Shown one piece after another: positions 55,096-64,000 of a DNA stretch of 64,000 nucleotides. This DNA comes from Setoptus koraiensis (lineage: Eukaryota > Animalia > Arthropoda): contig CM106586.1 of assembly GCA_048013815.1 (NCBI GenBank), positions 5,146,001 to 5,210,000 of the forward strand, written 5' to 3'. How positions within the stretch are numbered: the first letter of the stretch is position 1; the number at the start of each line of letters is the position of its first letter. The translations under genes were made by a program, and so were the position numbers. Below the pieces are notes generated by a model, which was not told the DNA's origin, searched no databases, and saw nothing but the letters and a program-made list of their open reading frames with translations.

Positions 55096-55867
55096 CTCGC
55101 TGCGCAGCTCACATACTGCTGACGCAACTATCCGCTTTTGCAATATTATTGCAGTATTGCCAATATATTATTATAATATTTTGGGTCGGTTTTTTTTTCT
55201 TGCGATGTGTGGCATTCGGCGCGGGACTGATTGTCGACTAGTTGCTGTAGCTGTGTCGCTGATCGTGATTAGCCATCAGTAATAATTATCAGCGATAACC
55301 ATTGTGTAATCATGGGAACATTATGAGCACGGCCTCGTGTTTGCGGTCATGAACGCACACGGCAACAAGCAAACAACCATTGAAACAAGATGAGATTGGC
55401 CCGGCAAAGTTCAGCCGTTGCAAGCATGTCACGTTATTATTATTATTATTATTATTGGCAGCGCCAGTAGCGGATTACAACAAGCAGCTTGTAACGCGGC
55501 CAACTTGTCAAACTGAACAGATTATCTAATCTGGCTAGATCATTCTAATTCTCCATTATTCGCCGGGCCAATCATTAGCGAGCTTGCCAATCGATGATTG
55601 ACTGCGCTGATTAGTGGGCCAAAAATGGTTATCTCTGGTTACAACATTATGTTTTATGTTGTGTGTGTGTGTGTTCGCTGGTTGTGAGTTGCATATTGCA
55701 CAACGCCAATAAAGTGTAGCAACTTTTATAATTAACAAGACACAAATAATCACAATAATTATCTTATCTCTCTCACTTGCTTGCTCGTTGTAGCTGCCAA
55801 GCTCGCTCGTTGTGGCTGGCAAGCTCGCTACACAGCTGATCGGCGGCCGCTATCTGGGCGCTGTCTT

Positions 55868-55871
<4 letters not shown>

Positions 55872-55912
<41 letters not shown>
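55872..55912. repeat. (GT)n microsatellite
   Basis: About 20 GT units. Confidence 0.95.
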
Positions 55913-55914
<2 letters not shown>

Positions 55915-56420
55915 TGCATCAATCATTAATCAATGATTCAGTCAGCTGATAACGGCAGGCACGTAACTGACGGCACGTAATCAACTTTTTGCCACTTATA
56001 GGTTGTAACTTATGACACACAAAGCTTGCTCTCATCGAGCTCTCTGTAAATCATATGCTTGTGTGCTGACAATTGCGGGGGCGCTGTCACCAGACACACA
56101 CACACACCATTGATGACACTAATTAGTATTATATCTAATTAAGATAACGATCGCTATGCGTTAACTTGAACAATGACCAACAATGAGCCAGATTTATGTA
56201 TGGCACTTGTTGTTATGTGAGCAGCGGCGGCTGTTAAACGTACTCACAACCAACAACAACAACAACACAACATGTTACATTGTGTGATATTCATGGCAAT
56301 TGGCGACAACGCGCTCACATCGACTGTCAGCCATTAATAGGGTGCCAAGGTGATTAGGTGATCAAGTGATTTTCGTGATTAGCTGAGCGATTATTCGATT
56401 ATTTGATGGGCGCTCGCATC

Positions 56421-56580
56421 GAGCTCACATCGGCTCACATCAGCTCACATCAGCTCACATCAGCTCACATCAGCTCACATCAGCTCACATCAGCTCACAT
56501 CAGCTCACATCAAACTCACTCATCAAACTCACTCATCAAATAATCAAATGATCAAATAATCAAATGATCAAATAATCAAA
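56421..56580. repeat. Compound minisatellite: CAGCTCACAT x9, then CAAACTCACTCAT x2, then AAATAATCAAATGATC x ~2.5
   Basis: Directly visible tandem units. Confidence 0.92.
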
Positions 56581-59090
56581 TAAGGCGCGATTAAGCGATT
56601 AGCCGCCCCGGACTGTCGGGCTGTCATGTTGCCAATATTCACGACAACATTGCACAATATTGCGGCCCAATCCCGTCAGCAGCAGCAGTAGCCTTTTCGT
56701 GCCCCTTTGTTGGCCCGCGCTGCCACGTAACCTGTCATGCACGTGACACGCGACTGTCATCGCCACGTCGATGGCTAGATCACAATTCGGCCCGTCCAGT
56801 AGCGCCCCTGACAGCCGTGGCAGCAATGACAGCCATGACAGCAATGAAGGCCATGACAGCCATGACAGTCGGCACACAAATGATGACTGCTCTCTCCGAG
56901 CTCACCTATTAACCCCCCGAATGCTGCAAAACACCGCTCCATTATGTAACATAATTTATGAATCACACCAGCGATGCACAGCGGTGTCCATTGCACCATC
57001 ATTGATCTGGGGGGAGGGCGCCTCATTCGAGCCTCTTTGTAATTTGTATATCGTGCACAAATGCATAGCTAGTTAGTAACTAGCAGTTAGAGCCGAATAT
57101 TCAGATGCACAAATGTTCATATCGGCTCTCCGAAAGATAGTCTCTATTACCGTCCTTGGGGCCCGGCAGAGACCTTCAGACTATCCCGACACCAACGAGC
57201 CTGCAAAATCTGGCTGCCGGGTCCCCACGAGCAAGTTGCCGCAAGGGGCCCGGCGGGCCAGACTGAGATGCCGAAATTAGCAGCGGCCTGTTTACCTGCT
57301 GCTGGCCTCATTCTATGAAGGCCGTTTTATTTTGGCCATTGTAATTTTGTCTGAATGGACTGTTTGTTTATCTCTGTGTCTGTGTGTTGTGTTTTTTAGC
57401 ATCCCATGCACAGGTAGAAGAGGCTGACATTATTATCTACTATAATCATAATACGTCAATATTATTTGTTTAATGTGCGTGGGCGTTGCAAAAGCTCATT
57501 GCCGTCGCAGGGCGAGCTAATTTCCGCTTGAGCTTAAGCTGCTTGCAGCCAGCGACCATCGTCGGCTGTTGTGGAGCTTCTTTTTGAAAATTTTCCCCAA
57601 ACACTTTTGCCAATACCGGCTAACCCAAGATACCAGACACTCGTTCAGTGGGCCAACAAAGGGGCCCGGCTCGCCCTATATTGTGTTGGCCCAGTGTTAT
57701 CGTAAGCTCAGCGTCGCGAGCCCAGTGTCGTGGGCCCAATGTCGTGGGCTGGGTGTCGTGGGCCCACACTGTTGTCGGCTTACACTGTTGTCGGATGTCG
57801 GATGTCGGAAATCGATTATCGATAGCTACAAATCAGCGGCTCCGAACAGATTGGCCATCCGGTGCGATTAAAGGTTACCCGTGACGTGTCTGTCTGGCCA
57901 AATATCTGGCTCTCTCTCTCTCTGTGATTGTGACACCACTGTCCCCAGACAGTGAAAATAAGTAAACATAAACATTACGCACGCATGTACACAGGAATAC
58001 AGCGCTTTCAATTTCACTAAAATAATATATATATTTATATATATCTAAACAAGGCGACAAGACAAGAACAAGGCCGACGAAAGAGAAAAGGTCACGCACA
58101 ATTCTGACAGGTCTCACCTGGCGGCCGGGCTGTCCAAACACACCGAGTGACCGAGTTGACACATCACCAAAGTCCGGTTGCGTATTGGCCTGGCATCGGT
58201 TGCCGCAGCCTGTCACCAGCCAGCTGTCGTTTGCGGACGCTCGAACAGTGTCAGGTGTCATCCATCAGGAGCTGTCAGGGGCCCGTGTTTGTTATTAGGT
58301 GCGGCCGGTTGACTGGGTGTCGGGTGTCGCAAATGTGTGTGTTTGCACAATTGTCAATGTTTGACGATTTTGAGAGAGAGTGTTGCGTAATAATGGGCAC
58401 ACATTACACAATTTGGCAATTACACACACACACAAACAGTCGGCCGGCCAGTTTTTGGGCTGACAATTTGGTGGCGTCGTGGCGTTTATTATGAAACTTT
58501 CACGGTCTCTTTTGTCACATGACTCTCAGATGGCGACACCTGCGCCCTGTCCCACTTTGCCCGCTGCCAGCTCGCTGGCATAGCAAGTTTACAGTAAGTA
58601 GTGCAAACTTTGGACTCCGAAGTGATTCATGCGTGAATATTGGCCCATATCAATCAGTGGCCGTTGTCTGGTGCAATTATGCACGTCACCTAACTGTCAC
58701 AATTTTATTGACAGCTGACAGTTGACATTTGCATCATCCCAATGACACCGATCGGGCCCACTGACATCCGGTCAGCGAGATCGCGAGTCGACAAGCATCG
58801 TTGACAGGCGCAACATTCTTGCGTGCGACTTGTGTCTTGCGTCGCGATTGATGTCGCTGCCACCAATCTGGTTGGCGCCAACAGTCTGGTGGGCGCCAAT
58901 TATCTGGTCGCTGCCGATCATGTGGTCGGTGCAAATGCCACTGAAACCTGGCCGGCGGTTGCAGCGTCAGGCCGGCGTTCGCTGCGTCAGGCCAAATGCG
59001 TATCATCAATAATATTTCTATAATTACACGCACGCCGACTGAGTGACAGGTTGAATAATTTCAATTATGCACACACTCTTATATTAATGA

Positions 59091-59130
59091 GCCCGCCAAC
59101 TGTCAGACAAAAATCTGACAGTTGGCGGGC
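59091..59130. other. Perfect 17-bp inverted repeat with a 6-nt loop
   Basis: GCCCGCCAACTGTCAGA-CAAAAA-TCTGACAGTTGGCGGGC. Confidence 0.9.
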
Positions 59131-61019
59131 AAAAGTGGCGCAAGGTCTTGGCGAGCCCTGAATCGTGCGCGGCTAAATGTCAGCGGCTTTCAATGGGCAC
59201 GGCGACGACAACCACTAATGATGCCAGTCAGACAGTAGTTTGTTGCAGTGGCAAGCTCGCTATTTATAGTCTAAAATCGTGAAATGGTGAAATTCATGCG
59301 AACACAAGTGGGCACAACCAACAAATGGGCTTTTGGGCGATAATTTGGGCCCAATGGCTCATATGTGCGCGCGAATTCCCGAAAGCATTATGGCAAAGCG
59401 CCCCCGCAACATGGTCTCTGTTGGTGTAAGTGGCGACATTAGACGTCGACTAGATCGACGCTAGATGACACAACACAACCAGTGCGATGAACAGTGGTCG
59501 ACAATCCATTACTGAGAATCAAATAATGGGCCATTCTCATTCATAATGGACTAGCCATAATCCATTTCCAGCCGATTGAATTATGCTGGTGCCACTGGTG
59601 ACGACACCATAATTCACCAATAAGCTCACCAATGGGCACGGTAAACAATTCTGTGTAATTTGGTTATTATTAGGCTGTTTGTGCTGACAGGGTGCGGTAA
59701 ATGAGGGGCTTGTTATCATCATGCTCACGGTGTGTGTTTGCACCGGGCAGCGCGTTATATGGGCCCGTGGCGCCGGCCGCCGGCTGCAAGCGGGTCAGTG
59801 AGGCCGCTTTTCAATTTTGGCCCGGTGCCGGCTCGGCCGGTTGTGCTCGCCCGGCTAATTCTGGCCCGTGTGTCCGCCCGGCCAATTCTGGCCCGCGTGC
59901 CGGCGACCCAACGACCTATAGAGCGGTATTGCTTGACAGCAATATCGCATTACATATATATCGCTCTACAATATCGAGAGATGTTCTAGAAATATCGTGG
60001 CCGCCAATTGTTATGCACACACACAATAACAGACAGCAACAACAACAACAATGATATTATTATTATTATGTTGTTGTACCGTTACAAGGCGAGCGCTGCG
60101 GCAAGATTGCGGGGGCGTCGGGTGAGTCATGCGACGAGCATAATGAGCCAATAACAGAGGCTTGTGCGCGTCGACATTGTGTCTAGTCGCAAATTGTTTT
60201 GTCGATTGTGTCTGTCGCAAGCAAACAAACAAATAACAGCACTCGCCGACGACAACAAGATACTTTTGAGACTCGTCTACTTGCGCTGAACTTGGCGAGA
60301 CGAGTAGCCGGCGAGCCGTCGAGTAGCCGAGCTGTCGACTGTTGTGTACGCGTCTATGAGCCGGCCAGCTCAATATGTGCGATATACCAATGCGATATTT
60401 GCATAAGTGACCTAGATAATTGGTGTCGCTGGCAGCGCTCGAGCCGGCGAGCCTCAAGTGACCCTGGCGCCGTCAGGCACGTAACGCGCTGTCGTCTGGC
60501 TGGCAAGCAATGTCGCCATTGTTGTCACAAACATTACACATAGTTGTCGCATAGTTGAACTGCCGATGCACTTGTCGCCGTGACGCGCTTGTAAGGTTGC
60601 CGTAATTTTTGTTGCAACCAACAAGATGATAACTGCCAGTCGGGACACCGATTTGTGCACCGTTCGTCGTTACTCGTCTCACACTAACGCTGCTTTTTAG
60701 CAGTCGCTTTTTAACAGGCTCACATTATACAAGTCGAGTTATTAATGAGACTTATTAATTAATTGATGTTGATTGTTGGCAGTTTTTGTTGTTGTTGCTG
60801 TCACGTCATTGGTCGTGTAGTCATGCGACGCTATCCGGCGCGATTGCATCTATTGCATTGGCACGATTGTGTCACTTGCACAGACACGGTGTCTGGATAG
60901 GTCGCTCAAGAAGGTAGATAAACACAACAATTGGTAGTCTGAAATTGCAGTTGTAAGCAATGGAGCACAATAGCAGTCAATGGAATTCTTGCAGATGATT
61001 GCCAGTCATTGTCGCTGTT

Positions 61020-61165
61020 GTCTATAGTTTTTGCCTCTGTCTGTGTCGTCGTTGTTGTCGTTGTTGTCGTCGTTGCTGTCGTCGGTGCCGTCGTTGTTGC
61101 CGTCGTTGTTGCCGTCGTTGTTGTCGTTGTTGTCGTCGCTGTTGCTGTTGTTGTTGCTGTTGTTT
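61020..61165. repeat. Degenerate (GTT/GTC)n trinucleotide repeat
   Basis: GTTGTCGTTGTT-type runs that give poly-V, poly-T and CR ORFs in the track. Confidence 0.85.
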
Positions 61166-64000
61166 GTGTCGCGCACCAATGGTGCACCACAGACACCGAT
61201 GTAACTGATTGCATGAGTCATACCCGGCGTCGTTATGTATGTCTTTATTTTTTTATGTATTCAGTGTAGACTGCAGTCATTGAAACAGGCAATGGCGACC
61301 AATTAGTCAAAACAGACACCATCACGTAGCCAGTCTGTTGTCAACTAGACAAATGATTCATTATTGATGTTAATTGGGCTAGCAGGGGCCCACTGAAACT
61401 GTCGAGTTGTCCCTTATCAATCTGGTGCCAGTGGCAACTAATCGGCCATTTGCACCGAAATTAATTATTAGCGAATATCTGTAATCGCTCGCGCTAATCA
61501 CCTCGCCACCTCGCTCCTGTCGCCAAAATCCAGTAATGGTGTCGCGAGATTATTACTGGATGTACTGGTAATGAATTTCTACTACCCGGTACAGGTTTAT
61601 TAGGTTACACGATAGGCGAGGCATTATTGTGTGAATTACATGAATTAATTTTCATGAAACACGCTCTGCTGAGTAGTCGACTCACGGACACACCAACGCA
61701 AACGCGAGCAAAAATCAAACGCACATTCAAATCAATTTAATCAAATCAGACACACACATACGTAACATGTAATCAACGTCTAAATATCCGGATAGACCGA
61801 TTCACAAATGAGCGCATATCGTTCCCGGGTAATATTACATAGATGCGATTCAGGCAGATCCATAGAGCGGTTGTTTTTGGTCTTTGTTTTCGGTTTTCAC
61901 ATCAATTTGGGCGCCAAAAATCAACAAACCGCATGCGCCTGCCTTCATGCTGATTAATTGATTACAACAATTATTATCTTATCTCCTTATTTATTATGTA
62001 ATCGGTATCTTTCTCTCTTCGTGGCTGGCTTGACACTTGTGATAATTGTGGCTTGTGATAATTGTGGCGCGTTGTTAGTGACAATCAATAAATCGAGCCA
62101 ACGAGTCTGTTGTTGGCTAGGGGCGTTGGCTGAAAATTGTCTCAATTGCCTATTGATTTGTTGCAAATTAGATGCTCAATTGTGATGATGATTGCGAGAC
62201 TTTCCTCATCGGGCAATCTCAATGATGTGCCGTCTGTTTAGGATTAGGCGCACTAATTCGCGCAATCTAGCTCTAAAACTGTCACTTTTTTGCAATAAAC
62301 GGGCGCCATTAAGCTCGCAAAACTGAGCTTGCCCCACAGGACAGGCTCAATTTGGCAGAGATTTCGCAGAACAGTTTTATTGAAATTGCTGGAAATCAAA
62401 TTCATCACAGCTAAGCCGACACAATCGTTGGTCGTGCCGTCAGCGCCGGATTTATGAATTCGCGGAAAAATATACCGCTGCAAGAGATCAGTTGCAAACA
62501 AGTGTAAAAGCCATTGGCGGGACCAAATTGAAGTATCAAGTGCGCTTTGGCGGCGAGCCATAGCGCCTCATGGACAGTGAAAGTATCATGTGTGATATAT
62601 GCTGCCGAATCAGTGCGTCGATTGAGAGCCGATCGCAATCTGCTAGACATTAGACAATAAATGTAGATTATTATTAATTAGCGATGAGTGCCGATCACTA
62701 TGAGTCACTAATTGTAATTGTGTGCGTTCGAATAGATAGGCTTGAGATCGGAGAGAGCACGCGATCAATTGTATCCATTCAACCTTAAGTAAATAAACAA
62801 CATTTGGTTTGTTTGATTAGCTGTCCGATGGAACCACTAATTAACCTAGCCTAACAACAGCAAAACTCAATTAGCGCACAATTAGTCGGGCGACTAGTCG
62901 CTAGACTAATTGAGCGCACGACATAGACGCAACAACCAAATGTAGATGTAGCGAACTGACTTGAGATATTCCAATAATTGTTTATTATTTACAGGCAACC
63001 GCAGCAGTTTCATTGTCAATGTTTGTTGTAATTGTAAGACAAATTGTTGTTATTCTGCCAACAATATTTATTATATAATAATAGTTATTATATAATAATA
63101 ATTATTATATAAGTGTTTTTCTATTGACAGTTGTGTGAGTGTTGATGGAGTTATTTATTTGCTCAGTGGCCATGTGTGTTCCCTCATCTACTACTCAACT
63201 TGAGTGTGTCCTTCAAAACAATTCTTCTACTTCGATTTAAGCGGCCTAGTTACATATTGATTTCATAGCGCCACTGATACATTAATAGTCAAACAAAGTG
63301 TTATCACGATGCGATTAGCTAATGAGATGATCACACGACTTTTTGAGCGATCACATTTCGCCCTCCAATACCAGCCATCTCTAACATTTCGACCTCAAAT
63401 GGTGATCAATTGATGGGCGAATTTGATTGCCGCAAACGCCGGTCGTGGTGGCTCTATGAGATTTTGCGACCCATTGGCAAAGCAATTTTGCATTCGAGAT
63501 AAACGAAACTTGTCAATGGCAGCTATATATCAGCTATTTCTGATTACTTGCTGTGGCTCGTCAATTAGTTGCCACTAAAACGTTTGTATCTAACAATTTG
63601 TAAGATCAAATTGAATCCTATCCAATGCTCACGTACGGCTTACGTGGCCTCAATGAGCCGGCAAAAAACAATCAACCTTCATTAATTTCCGTTTTGTCTC
63701 TAGCTTGCACTTGTGATTTATTGCGTGCCGCTTCGATGTGAAAACACAAAACGACAAAGCGATTTGTCTGTTTTCATATTCTTTTATATGTGTCGCCAGA
63801 GTTGTGTTCACTTTTAGTTTTTACCGGTGGCAATGGGTTTTCAGAGCCGGCTCTCTGCGACAAATGGAGCCAATAAACAGACACTATATGCGTACAGTAT
63901 CTCTCAAATTCAAGTTATTGCTCATTGTGACGTCAAGGCATCTTGCTATTATTTCTCACCTCTCGCGCAAGCAGCCTGAAGATGATCAAAAAGAGTCCCC

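Noticed and set aside
55046-56580. Short tandem arrays as CRISPR-like repeats
   Set aside because: No unique spacers, no cas genes, and the context is eukaryotic.
58874-58905. GGCGCC...GTCTG as a Mad/Medea BMP response element
   Set aside because: The spacer is 4 nt, not the required 5.
54300-64000. Many 60-150-aa ORFs on both strands
   Set aside because: No recognisable motifs, overlapping in several frames, often repeat-derived; no transposase or reverse-transcriptase signature seen.

Overview
Eukaryotic (animal, arthropod-type) gene-dense window with GT-AG introns and no prokaryotic features, CRISPR arrays, rRNA or recognisable tRNA. Many large genes are intronless and sit next to a few intron-rich ones, as in streamlined acariform mite genomes such as eriophyoids (taxon is inference). 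Left to right: E(z)/EZH2 (5'-truncated by the window edge); a four-exon, heavily degenerated PMCA-derived P-type ATPase homolog that keeps TM3-TM10 and the P domain but has lost the phosphorylated Asp, the Ca2+ ligands and the whole N domain (top finding); a tetraspanin-like protein; ZMYND19; a small secreted Cys-rich orphan; a ZNF318-like matrin zinc-finger protein; Exo70; a pancreatic-lipase-family gene; Shank (6 exons, no visible SH3 or SAM); OSGEPL1; a 12-exon smoothelin-like gene with an alternative terminal exon and a 3x repeated motif; and an AP-3 delta that seems to lack its ear domain. The last ~13 kb is gene-poor, with short tandem repeats, hairpins and a few orphan exon-like ORFs. 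Exon models were built by hand from splice signals and frame continuity. Homology calls are from remembered family motifs, not from database searches.
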